In this document: positions 54,759-64,000 of the stretch, piece after piece
Layout of the letters: every line of letters begins with the position of its first letter
How positions within the stretch are numbered: position 1 is the first letter of the stretch
Virus record (IMG/VR): IMGVR_UViG_3300031965_000009
Coordinates: 15,279-79,278 of that record
Reading direction: 5' to 3' (one strand)
DNA from: a virus
Taxonomy: Duplodnaviria; Caudoviricetes
DNA: 64,000 nt
Program-made: the position numbers and the translations under genes
The notes under the pieces: generated by a model
Told to the model about the DNA's origin: nothing
Database searches by the model: none
What the model saw: only the letters and a program-made list of their open reading frames with translations

Positions 54759-56261
54759 ATGACATCTTATATACCTGCGCAAACGGGCCTAAGCAGAGTA
54801 TTCATCATCGAGGGACGAGCACGGCCCGATCATCGTCCTGCATATCACAGCCATTGGATGGCTGGAAGTCCATCAATTGACATTGGTGACATCGAACGTA
54901 TTGAATCTAATGACCCCGACCGGTATGACAAGTTTATCGAGATCGGTACTATCCAGGGCGCACGAAGCCGTGCTACCCTGACCTTGACGGGCAGATATGC
55001 TCTTGAGTTAAAGAGCACCATGCTCCGCCTGGCTAATCAGGAATGTCACTTTGATGTTCAGATTAACTTCGGCGCATGTGACAACCCCCGTGAATATAAC
55101 ACCTTTAACAAGAAACTTGTCCTAGAAGATGTGGCTATCACCAATTATTCAGCTACTGACCTGGGTGCTCTTAGCTCCGACAGCCGTTCACAGGTTGACG
55201 AGAGCGTGGACATCTCGGCCGAGAGCCTGTATGAACTGGTTCAGGTTTCCCTGTCCTCGCGTGCAGGCGACATTGTTACCAATGAAGTAGTTGACATCAC
55301 TCATTGCGACAATGTTTCCTGCGGTGATTGCGATGACCAGTCTGACGGTTGCAGCAAATACTTCGCTGTTACTGTAACTGCCGGTGGTTCTCCTGGAACC
55401 CCGGCTGATGTTGTCTTTACGCTTAACGGCGGGACTACATGGCTGGCCCATGACATTGAAACCCTTAGCTCGGAAGATGCTTCTGGCATTGCCTGCCTGG
55501 GCGCTTATGTTGTTGTTGTCAGCGAAACCGCTGGCTCTATCAGCTACGCCCTGACTTCTGAGTTCACAGCCACAGGCGATCCTGAGTTCACGGAAGTAAC
55601 CACGGGCTTTGTGTCCGGCGCTGGCCCAACGTCCATCACGACTATTGGGAACAAGGCGTTCATCACTGGAGCTAACGGCTATGTTTACATGACCGAAGAC
55701 CCAACTGGTGGGGTTACAGCCCTTGATTCCGGCGTGCTGTACACTGACGACTACAACAAGGTCGATGCACTGACAGAGGAGTTTGCCGTCGCCGTTGGTG
55801 ATGCCGGTCGTATTATCAAGACCGAGAACGGTACGACCTGGGGCGCTGTTGAACCATCCCCCGTTGGCGTGTCTGTCAACCTGACGAGCATCCTTGTTAA
55901 AGACAAGAGCACCTGGCTGATTGGCACTAGCACCGGTAACTTCTACTACACCTTGAATGGCGGGACTACATGGACGCTTGGTTCGTTCTCTGGTTCCGGC
56001 AGTGGGGTGGTACGAGACATCGTTGCGGCTACTGACTCTGTCCTGTACATGGCGCATGACACCGCCACGCCCAAGGGTAGAATTCTGCGCAGCACCAATG
56101 GCGGCTATGACTGGGTGGTCATGCCAGAGGGATCAGGCGTGTTGCCTGCTAATGACCGTATCAATGCCCTTGCTACATGCCCCGACAATGCCGATATAGT
56201 TATTGGTGTTGGGCTGGCCGACGACGGTAGCGATGGCTTTATTATCGTCGGAAATGACTAG
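54759..56261 (+). CDS. putative major tail protein fused to a BNR/YCF48-type beta-propeller
   Basis: Very strong SD AAAGGAGGAG; lies just before the chaperone and tape measure genes; repeats TLNGGTTW, TENGTTW, TLNGGTTW, STNGGYDW. Confidence 0.6.
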   Translation: MTSYIPAQTGLSRVFIIEGRARPDHRPAYHSHWMAGSPSIDIGDIERIESNDPDRYDKFIEIGTIQGARSRATLTLTGRYALELKSTMLRLANQECHFDVQINFGACDNPREYNTFNKKLVLEDVAITNYSATDLGALSSDSRSQVDESVDISAESLYELVQVSLSSRAGDIVTNEVVDITHCDNVSCGDCDDQSDGCSKYFAVTVTAGGSPGTPADVVFTLNGGTTWLAHDIETLSSEDASGIACLGAYVVVVSETAGSISYALTSEFTATGDPEFTEVTTGFVSGAGPTSITTIGNKAFITGANGYVYMTEDPTGGVTALDSGVLYTDDYNKVDALTEEFAVAVGDAGRIIKTENGTTWGAVEPSPVGVSVNLTSILVKDKSTWLIGTSTGNFYYTLNGGTTWTLGSFSGSGSGVVRDIVAATDSVLYMAHDTATPKGRILRSTNGGYDWVVMPEGSGVLPANDRINALATCPDNADIVIGVGLADDGSDGFIIVGND

Positions 56262-56289
56262 AATATAACTTCACAGGGAGAGTGAAACA

Positions 56290-56817
56290 ATGACTAAGAG
56301 ACGAGCGGCTGTTAAAGTCGCGCATGAACTGGCGGGCGACAAGGGTGGAGTAACGACCCTGAACACTGGTGTTCGGATCAAGATTCACCCTGTCTCCGCC
56401 ACGCTCATTGACGCTGTGCAATCTGGAATTCAAGACCCAGACCCACCAATGGTCTTGATTGACGAGAAGGGTAGAGAGGAACCAAACTATTCAGACCCTC
56501 AATACCTTAAAGCTATTGAACGGGCTGGCACCGAACGTATTCTATCGGCTATGGATGCCTTGATTCTGTTTGGGGTTGAGCTTGTCGATGGTTTGCCAGA
56601 AGATGGCAGATGGCTGCAAAACCTGCGCCTGCTTGAACGCATGGGCAAGCTCAACCTGTCAGACCTTGACATGGATAATGAGCTCGACATGGAGTTTGCG
56701 TACAAGAGATATGTGGCGGTCTCGCCGCAAGACGTTGGTACTATCGCTGCCAGAACTGGTTTGGGTGAGGCTGACATTGCGGCCGCAGAAGCCACGTTTC
56801 GGGGTACGGAAGGATAA
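56290..56817 (+). CDS. tail assembly chaperone (gpG-like)
   Basis: Position between tail tube and tape measure genes; GGAGAG SD. Confidence 0.6.
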   Translation: MTKRRAAVKVAHELAGDKGGVTTLNTGVRIKIHPVSATLIDAVQSGIQDPDPPMVLIDEKGREEPNYSDPQYLKAIERAGTERILSAMDALILFGVELVDGLPEDGRWLQNLRLLERMGKLNLSDLDMDNELDMEFAYKRYVAVSPQDVGTIAARTGLGEADIAAAEATFRGTEG

Positions 56818-57058
56818 TAGACCTATAGCTGATGTCCAACTACAGGGGGGGATCAGCACAGGGATAACATACAACTTATCTTTCTCTATCTGGGATGCGG
56901 CCATAGCGGCCGGGGCCGGCATAGAAGATTTGTGGAAACTGGATCAGGGTCTTTACCCGCATTCGTTTGTGGCAAAGATTCTGGCATGGCATAGAGGCAA
57001 GATAGCTATAGATAACCATACGGAAGCTGCCAAGATAAAGGCATCGAAGGCTAAGTAA
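56797..57058 (+). CDS. frameshift extension of the chaperone (gpGT-like), +1 frame
   Basis: Open +1 frame ending 2 nt before the tape measure ATG, with no ATG of its own after 56817; TTT CGG GG at 56797-56804. Confidence 0.55.
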
Positions 57059-57059
57059 T

Positions 57060-60000
57060 ATGGCAAACATAACCGAAATTGGTGCCATTCTTGTCATCAA
57101 GAACCTGACCGGATTCAACTCTGGACTGGGAGTCATGAGAAAGCAGATGGGCATTACCGGCTCATCTGCTCGCTCTTTTGCTAACACGTTCAATTCGTCC
57201 ATGTCTGGCATGGGGCAGAGCGTGCTCAATGCAGGCAGGACGGTCAGGTCATTCGGTAATGAACTTACATTCTTGGGCTTCCAGCTAACCTTTCTTGCTA
57301 CAGGGGCGTTTGCTGCTGTAACAGCCGCTGGTTCTGAGTTTGAGTCCACCATTGTCCGCATGTCCACGCTTGCCAACGTGGCAGTTAAAGACCTTGAATC
57401 ACTTGCCAACGAAGCGCAGGGCCTGTCTAGCTCTGTCGGTGTTGGGCCGACAGAGCTTGCCGACGCCATGTTCGACATCGTCTCCTCTGGTTTCTCGGCA
57501 GCGGAGGCCATGGAAATCATCGAGGCAACAAGCAAGGGTGCGGCTATTGGCTTGGGCGATGTCAGGACTGTAACTGATACTGTCACTTCTGCCATGAAAG
57601 CCTATGCTGGCGAAGGCTTGACAGCAGGACGGGCTACAGACATCCTCGTACAGGCTGTTAGAGAGGGTAAGGGCGAGGTTGATAAGCTGGCAGGTACTAT
57701 GGGTAGGGTCTTGGGTATCGCCGGCCAGATGGGCATTAGCTTTGAAGAGACGGCTGCTTTCATCGCCACGTTCACCAGGGTTGGTGTGCCTGCCGAAGTC
57801 GCTGTTACATCCCTGCGGAGTGCCTTAACCAACATCCTCAAACCAACCGCCGCTGCCAATACTGCTCTTGCGAAGTACGGCCTGACTATGGCTGATATTA
57901 AAACTATCATCTCTGAACAGGGCTTGGCTCAGGGTCTTATCACCCTGTCGGCAGTATTAAGCGAGGACGACGAAGCATTCAGCCGTGTTATAGGCAGTGC
58001 CCGTGGTCTTGCCGGTGTCCTTATCACTACCGGCCCATTGCTTGAAGATTACAAGCAAGTGCTTGCTGCTATCAAGGACAGCGCCGGAGCAACCGGTGAA
58101 GCGTTTGACTTGTTTGCTCAAACAACTGAGTTCAAGCTGAACGTCGCTAAAGCAGCCTTTGAGTCATTGTTCATAACTGTCTCCAACACCCTACGCCCCA
58201 TCGTCAACATTATCCTAGACCAGATACCCAAGATAACAGCGGCCCTTGAAGAAATGGTCAAGGTCAACCCCAAGATTCTACTGTTTGTCGGCTCCTTCGC
58301 CGCCTTCGTAGCGGCCATGGGGCCTGTCCTGATCATCGTTGGGTTGAGCATCACCTCGATTGGTACATTGATTAGCGTTCTTGGTACATTCGCCGTAGCC
58401 CTTGGGGCATTGATATCCATTCCTGGAGCGGTTGTTACGGCATTGACAGCCTTTGCTGTCACATTCGTTGGTTTATTCGTAGCAAGTTTCGAGAAAACAA
58501 ACCAGAAGCTAGGCGAGCAAGGACGGGCTATATCATTCAATGCCTATGCCTGGGGCAGGAACATTATTATACAGTTTGCCAAGGGCATGGCAGAAGCCGT
58601 TGTCTATGTGTTCAAAGTATTGACGCAGTTAGCCATCGGCATAACCAAGCTGCTCAAGCCAGGCTCCCCGCCCAAGCTCCTACCAGACCTTGACAAGTGG
58701 GGCAAGGGAGCCATGGAAGCCTACATGGCTGGATGGTTAGAGGCGGATTTCTCTGTATTCCAGAACCTGGCTCAGACCATTGAATCTTTCCTGCGCAGCA
58801 TTGGGTTGGAAGAGATTGATGTCGTCCCGGCTATCATGGATATTAGGCTTGCGCTTGCAGGTTTGATTGATACGTTCCGTGCCACCGGTCAGGTGTCAAT
58901 AGATGCTATCAATGCTATCACAGCTTCGTTTGGTAATGCCGGGGCTGTAGTTGGTCAATACATTCAAGCCATGCTCAAGCTGGAAGCGGCTAACATGGCT
59001 GTTAAGGCCGCACAGGACGCCTTGAATGGCGTGCAGGAAAAGTACAATGCCCTGCTCAAGCCAATAAGCGATGAGCTTGAAGCTATATCAAGACAGCGTC
59101 AACAGATTGTTGACGACATGCGCATTGCCGAACTGCAAGAAATACTTGATGACCCCACTGCCTCTCCACTTGCAAGGCAATTGGCCGAGATGGAACTACG
59201 CGAGATTGAACTACGTCGCCAGCAGCAGACCATCGAAGATGTCAGGGACACCGAAGTTGAAGCAGCCCAGGACACGCTTGACGCAGCCGTGCAAGAACAA
59301 CAGATGGCCGAGGCACGAGCCCGGGCTTTGTTACAGTTCATACAAATACAAGAAAAGAACAACCAGCTTATCGAGGAACAGATTGACCTGCTCAAGCGGT
59401 TAGCCGATGCATTAGACAATGTCGGTGGAGCAGGTGGGGCTGAACTAGAAGACATTGGCGCTGGTGGTGCGCCAGAAATAGAACCCCCTGACATTGACCT
59501 TGACAGCCTGTTTGGCGGGCTTGACCCAGACATTCTGCAAGAGGCAGAAGACCTGTGGCGCAAGATAGGCGACCCGGAAGAGGGTGGTGGGTTAGGTAGT
59601 CTAAGTATATTATTCGCCCAGCTTCAAGCAGAGGCAGAAACTTTCCTGACAGAAATGTCTGGTATTGGCGAAGAGATTGCCAAAGCATGGGAGCCAGCCA
59701 TAACTGCGGGCAACGAGCTAACAGACGCATGGTCAGACGTGTTTGCGCTAGACCTTGGCGATGTACCGTTCTTCTCTGATATAGACACCATACCACAGAG
59801 GCTTGAAGAAACCTTTTCATTCATTGGGGAGTGGATAACCCTATGGGAAGGCGCATGGGAAAAATGGCAACCACTATGGGAGGCCATAGGCGAAGTGTTT
59901 ACTGGTTCGCTCGGTGATATTGATTTAAGTATTGGGAGTGTGACACAGACGCTTACCGCAATATTATTGCTAATATTCCCACTTACTGCTGGTATGTGGC

Positions 60001-61034
60001 TATTCGTAGAGGTAATAGAATTCATAAATGGAGCAATAGAGACCCTGCCAGGAAAGCTTATAGCAGCCCAGCAGGCGGCTGGAGACCTGTCTACCGCGAT
60101 AGAGAACTTCGTTGTGGAAACATGGGGAAAGTTCGTGACATGGGCAGGGCAGACAGTAACGATAATAGAAACATGGGCAGGTGACATTGTTACCAAGATA
60201 GAAACCGGTATTGCCAACTTCGTGCAGAGTATCTTCGGTGGTGCTGACAAGGCCGAGAAAAGGTTGGGCCGCATGAGCAAGGACGGTTCTGGGTTCATCG
60301 AGACAATGAAGGATAACATCATAGGGTTTGTCGAAGACCTCAAGGCTGGTGTTGACGAGAGGATAGGCAAGCTCAAAGAACTGCTGGTCGGCGAAGACGG
60401 GTACATCTCTAAGATAAAGCAAGCAGGCATTGACCTGTTCTTCGACATGAAAGAAGGCATGCTGGAGAAGATTGGTGAATTGCAGGCTGGGGTGGATATT
60501 ATTTTCCAGGAGTTCATAACATGGGTTGGCGGGCAGATAGAGAACTTCAAGAATGTTGGCAGGAACATTGGTCAGGGCCTGTATGACGGTATCAAGGAGA
60601 AGGTGCAGCCGCTCATGGACTTGATGGAGGGTATGATTAACGACCTCTACATCCTGGCAGAGAAACTTGGTATTATAGACTCCCCCTCCAAGCGCAGCAT
60701 CGAGCTTGGCCATCACATCATGGACGGGTTGAGGATTGGTTTGGAAGACCGTTACCAGGTGATACAGGACTCGCTGACTACGTTCATGGATGACCTGTTT
60801 GACCAGTCCGCCAGCATTGGCGTGGACTTCCACCATGGTCAGCATGGCTCGGAGCAGGGTCAGGCAAGCATGGCAGGCATTAGCCAAGCACCGATCACGC
60901 ACATGACCTCGCCCCCCGTTATGAACAACAGCAGTAATAGGGAAAGTAACTTTGGCCCAATTTACGTGCAGACCGGCATGAACGTCGCCCAGCTACGCTC
61001 GCTGATTAGACAAGAGGTAAACGGTTCACTATAA
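57060..61034 (+). CDS. tape measure protein (TP901-like core)
   Basis: 1324 aa, Ala/Gly-rich helical; core motifs GPTELADAMFDIVSSG, TDILVQAVREGK, GISFEETAA. Confidence 0.93.
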   Translation: MANITEIGAILVIKNLTGFNSGLGVMRKQMGITGSSARSFANTFNSSMSGMGQSVLNAGRTVRSFGNELTFLGFQLTFLATGAFAAVTAAGSEFESTIVRMSTLANVAVKDLESLANEAQGLSSSVGVGPTELADAMFDIVSSGFSAAEAMEIIEATSKGAAIGLGDVRTVTDTVTSAMKAYAGEGLTAGRATDILVQAVREGKGEVDKLAGTMGRVLGIAGQMGISFEETAAFIATFTRVGVPAEVAVTSLRSALTNILKPTAAANTALAKYGLTMADIKTIISEQGLAQGLITLSAVLSEDDEAFSRVIGSARGLAGVLITTGPLLEDYKQVLAAIKDSAGATGEAFDLFAQTTEFKLNVAKAAFESLFITVSNTLRPIVNIILDQIPKITAALEEMVKVNPKILLFVGSFAAFVAAMGPVLIIVGLSITSIGTLISVLGTFAVALGALISIPGAVVTALTAFAVTFVGLFVASFEKTNQKLGEQGRAISFNAYAWGRNIIIQFAKGMAEAVVYVFKVLTQLAIGITKLLKPGSPPKLLPDLDKWGKGAMEAYMAGWLEADFSVFQNLAQTIESFLRSIGLEEIDVVPAIMDIRLALAGLIDTFRATGQVSIDAINAITASFGNAGAVVGQYIQAMLKLEAANMAVKAAQDALNGVQEKYNALLKPISDELEAISRQRQQIVDDMRIAELQEILDDPTASPLARQLAEMELREIELRRQQQTIEDVRDTEVEAAQDTLDAAVQEQQMAEARARALLQFIQIQEKNNQLIEEQIDLLKRLADALDNVGGAGGAELEDIGAGGAPEIEPPDIDLDSLFGGLDPDILQEAEDLWRKIGDPEEGGGLGSLSILFAQLQAEAETFLTEMSGIGEEIAKAWEPAITAGNELTDAWSDVFALDLGDVPFFSDIDTIPQRLEETFSFIGEWITLWEGAWEKWQPLWEAIGEVFTGSLGDIDLSIGSVTQTLTAILLLIFPLTAGMWLFVEVIEFINGAIETLPGKLIAAQQAAGDLSTAIENFVVETWGKFVTWAGQTVTIIETWAGDIVTKIETGIANFVQSIFGGADKAEKRLGRMSKDGSGFIETMKDNIIGFVEDLKAGVDERIGKLKELLVGEDGYISKIKQAGIDLFFDMKEGMLEKIGELQAGVDIIFQEFITWVGGQIENFKNVGRNIGQGLYDGIKEKVQPLMDLMEGMINDLYILAEKLGIIDSPSKRSIELGHHIMDGLRIGLEDRYQVIQDSLTTFMDDLFDQSASIGVDFHHGQHGSEQGQASMAGISQAPITHMTSPPVMNNSSNRESNFGPIYVQTGMNVAQLRSLIRQEVNGSL

Positions 61035-61035
61035 C

Positions 61036-63801
61036 ATGACTGCTATTTGCAAGATAACTAACGGTGTTGATTCCGTCAACCTCATAGGCGGGGAGTTTGT
61101 CATCATGGACTGGCGGCCTGCCGGCGTGCCTTTCAAGGGTGATGGGTACTGGCAGGACAGTGCCTTCGCCGAAGGCAGGCGGCTTGCCAGGTACACGATT
61201 GGGAATATCATTGAGACAATCACATTGGGGCAGAGAGGCATAAACCAGGATGCTGCTATCAGGCAGGCTAACAAGCTGGCAAGCATGCTCCTTGACGCAG
61301 CCGACTATTCCACCAAGCCCAAGCGTGGGAAAAGGCCCATCTATATCATGGTGCAGGCCAGCGATGAAACATCGCCACGGTATGCCAGGATACATGCCGG
61401 CATGGTTGGCGAGTATGGCAACCCCTTCTCCCAGCCTTTCCTGCAACCTGACTGTGCCGCCACAGTGACAGACATAAACCTGACTATCGAGCGCACGCCA
61501 TGGCTAGAACTGCCGCCAGGACAGGACGTATGCCAGCCAATCACGCCGACAGGCAACAGGATTGGTGATACGACCGTCACATACAAGACCTACGAGGATG
61601 TTCTTCTCAATACCGGCGAGCTATCCATATCAGCGCCCGCCACTGCCTTGTGGAAGTTGAACGAGACATCCGGGACAACCGCTGTAAACTATTCTTCTTA
61701 TGGCTCGTTGCTTGACGGCACACATTCGGCGACAAATACACTTGATGAATTGAAGTTCTGGCGTGGGGTTATCCCTGACCCAACGACGTACATACCAATC
61801 ACCACTGGCTATGTTGACATTTATTCCACTGACTTTAACGCTGTATTCAATGGCAACAGGGGAAGTATCATAGCCTGGTGTAACACGTCAGGCCCCGTGT
61901 GGTCTGGTGGGAATGCCGGATACTTCATTCGCTTGCGAAGGAATGCAAGTTACAGCATTTCAATCTTTCATCCTGCCTCGCCCGACAATTCAATAACGTG
62001 GCGCTACACCACCAACGGGGATCAGGTGTCGTACACAGAAACAGACTATTCCCCACAGTACACATGGTTTAGCGTGGGCATGACATGGTCGCAGTCTGAG
62101 GGCAGGGTCAGGTTCTACCTGGACGGGGCCTTAGTGTCAGAGCAGGCTATCGTGGAGGCATGGGCTGGTAATTTATCTGCTACCGGGACGGTCATTGGCG
62201 CAAGCAATAACGGAGGCTCGGACTCTATCGTATCGACCATGGCCTATGTCGGGGTGTGGGATCAGGAACTGACACCGGAAGATTATGAATTGATTGGCGT
62301 GCCTAGGGACGATTCAAAAACCATAGACTTCACAGCCTTTGATTGTGATAACATCGTAGCTTACACAGGCAATAAGCGGAATTTTGCCAATCTTACCCAT
62401 GCTTTTACATGGGATAATTCCTTGACCACGTTTAGCAGTAACCTTATCGGTTCGGCTACGCCGTATGGTATCCTGCCATCTACCGTGCAGGTAGACGATG
62501 CCCTGTACCTGGGCATAGAACAGACAGCAGATTCCGGCTTACCGTATGGGCCATTCAACTCATTGGTGTTTGATATAACCACCGGGGCAAGCAGCAGCAC
62601 CCTGTCTTATACTGGTGTGTGGGAGTATTGGAATGGTAGTGCATGGACAGGATTAGCCAATGTCGTAGACGCTACTGATGGCTTGCAAGGCCCGCTTGAA
62701 AGAGAGGGCATTAACCCGGTGTTTTGGAATCAGCCAACAAATATCGTTAGCAGGGATGTAAATGGCGTTACGGGTTACTGGGTAAGAATGAATGTCACTG
62801 CCGTTGGTGGAACCATGACCCAGCCCATCGTTGCTGACCAACCATACACCATAGTCAAGAACTATGTCGAGGTTCCAGAAAACGCTACCGGCGGGAGCCT
62901 GCCGGCCATAGCCAGGATTGAGCTATCTCAGGATGGGTTCTCTGACATAGACAGGGTTGTTGTTGGCACTAAAGCAGTAGACGTTAGCCCGAACTTTGAA
63001 TCGCATATCAACATATCGGATATACAAAACCAGGGCGGCGTGCTTGTCAACGAACAACATGCCGATGCCAGCGATGTCGCTGCCCTTGAATCCGCTACAG
63101 GCAGGGCCATAAACCTGACCTATTCCACAGGCTCGGCAACGTTGACGGACATATTTACCATTACCCTACTACCAGCCATCTCCCAGTCTTATACGGGAAG
63201 CTTTAAGGCGTTTTTAATATACAAAGTTGTTACAGCATTGTCAGACGAGAGTACACAGTTCACCTACAAGGTGTCTGTAGTCGGTTCTACGGCCCCTGGT
63301 ACGGCAATAGATACCGGGACATACCTTACAAGCAGTAACGGCTTTACAGTCCATGAAATTGGGGAGATAGTTATTGGCCCGGAGACATTCTACGGGGAAG
63401 TGGTCGGGAACATTGTCTTTACATGGCGAAGCACAATATCAACGGGTACAGATATAGACTTTTACTCGCTTGTGCTCATCCCAACCGATGAATGGTTCGG
63501 GGATTTCGATGGCGTGCCTACCGGTAATTTCTTTACCAACGCCCAACACCTGTCCATTGATTCTACTCGCTATCCCGACCGGGCCGTGGTCGCTACGGTC
63601 AGGAACGATGGCACGGACATGAATGTCGGGGCATTTGCCCAATCGCATAACGGCATGGCCACTGTCAAGAATGACACAACTTCAAGGTATCACTTCCTCA
63701 TGATGCAGTACGCTTCTGGCTACGAGTCTTTCCCCAACTACGGGGGACAGGTCAAGATGTTCAGGAATAGAAGGTATAACTATGGCAGGGGGGATCAGTA
63801 A
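61036..63801 (+). CDS. distal tail/baseplate protein with LamG (ConA-like) domain
   Basis: Directly after the tape measure gene; ALWKLNETSGTT...RFYLDG...IGA...VWDQEL. Confidence 0.65.
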   Translation: MTAICKITNGVDSVNLIGGEFVIMDWRPAGVPFKGDGYWQDSAFAEGRRLARYTIGNIIETITLGQRGINQDAAIRQANKLASMLLDAADYSTKPKRGKRPIYIMVQASDETSPRYARIHAGMVGEYGNPFSQPFLQPDCAATVTDINLTIERTPWLELPPGQDVCQPITPTGNRIGDTTVTYKTYEDVLLNTGELSISAPATALWKLNETSGTTAVNYSSYGSLLDGTHSATNTLDELKFWRGVIPDPTTYIPITTGYVDIYSTDFNAVFNGNRGSIIAWCNTSGPVWSGGNAGYFIRLRRNASYSISIFHPASPDNSITWRYTTNGDQVSYTETDYSPQYTWFSVGMTWSQSEGRVRFYLDGALVSEQAIVEAWAGNLSATGTVIGASNNGGSDSIVSTMAYVGVWDQELTPEDYELIGVPRDDSKTIDFTAFDCDNIVAYTGNKRNFANLTHAFTWDNSLTTFSSNLIGSATPYGILPSTVQVDDALYLGIEQTADSGLPYGPFNSLVFDITTGASSSTLSYTGVWEYWNGSAWTGLANVVDATDGLQGPLEREGINPVFWNQPTNIVSRDVNGVTGYWVRMNVTAVGGTMTQPIVADQPYTIVKNYVEVPENATGGSLPAIARIELSQDGFSDIDRVVVGTKAVDVSPNFESHINISDIQNQGGVLVNEQHADASDVAALESATGRAINLTYSTGSATLTDIFTITLLPAISQSYTGSFKAFLIYKVVTALSDESTQFTYKVSVVGSTAPGTAIDTGTYLTSSNGFTVHEIGEIVIGPETFYGEVVGNIVFTWRSTISTGTDIDFYSLVLIPTDEWFGDFDGVPTGNFFTNAQHLSIDSTRYPDRAVVATVRNDGTDMNVGAFAQSHNGMATVKNDTTSRYHFLMMQYASGYESFPNYGGQVKMFRNRRYNYGRGDQ

Positions 63802-64000
63802 TGAGCCTGACTGCTACCGTTAAACCACCCTTGCTTTCAACAGCCTACTCCTTGTCCGCTCAATCCCTGCTTGCCGGCGTGCTGTACGAGAACCTGTTTG
63901 ATTACCAGACGGGCAGGTACAGCCAGACAAGCGGGGCTACAATCGGCTATGATTCCATGACCATGGAGGTGATCTTTTCCGATGCCGAGACAAGGGACTG
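63801..64000 (+). CDS. tail protein, partial (runs off the right edge)
   Basis: TAATG overlap; frame open to the end of the window. Confidence 0.5.
   Translation, partial: MSLTATVKPPLLSTAYSLSAQSLLAGVLYENLFDYQTGRYSQTSGATIGYDSMTMEVIFSDAETRD

Noticed and set aside
59624-60902. Long minus-strand ORFs (314 and 300 aa)
   Set aside because: They are antisense shadows of the tape measure gene, typical of biased codon use.
1-64000. Alternative genetic code (TGA recoding), prompted by the TGA at 50888
   Set aside because: Many genes end in TGA with ATGA coupling, and long genes have no internal TGA.

Overview
The window is part of a tailed dsDNA phage genome with a siphovirus-like tail module (tape measure, tail assembly chaperones). 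No integrase or DNA polymerase is visible here. It has four blocks. (1) 1-13.7 kb, minus strand: densely packed small early/accessory genes, including an M28/M20-like Zn peptidase and a macrodomain protein. (2) 13.7-17.7 kb, largely non-coding: a structured leader, a hairpin train, a 50-nt purine/pyrimidine alternation and a plus-strand AT/CTAG-rich island with its own promoter and terminators, flanked by extremely CATG-dense DNA. (3) 17.7-26.0 kb, minus strand: cytidylyltransferase, M23 peptidase, HTH protein and DnaB helicase. (4) 26.1-64 kb, plus strand: terminase small and large subunits (the large subunit carries two inteins), portal, prohead protease, major capsid protein, a ~13 kb glycan-synthesis cluster interleaved with homing endonucleases, small membrane proteins, then head-tail and tail genes. 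The strongest observations are these. An HNH endonuclease gene with its own Shine-Dalgarno is nested in an alternative reading frame exactly where the endonuclease domain of the second terminase intein would sit, giving ~213 codons of dual coding. The first intein looks class 3 (Ala1, W/C/T motif) and has an AP2-like segment inside its LAGLIDADG domain. A ColD-like (His for Lys) plus Fcl/ColC-like sugar pathway, with a kinase, methyltransferases and glycosyltransferases, sits inside the virion operon. There is a CATG-saturated array, and a candidate +1 frameshift in the tail chaperone. All calls come from reading motifs by eye; no searches were run and counts are manual.
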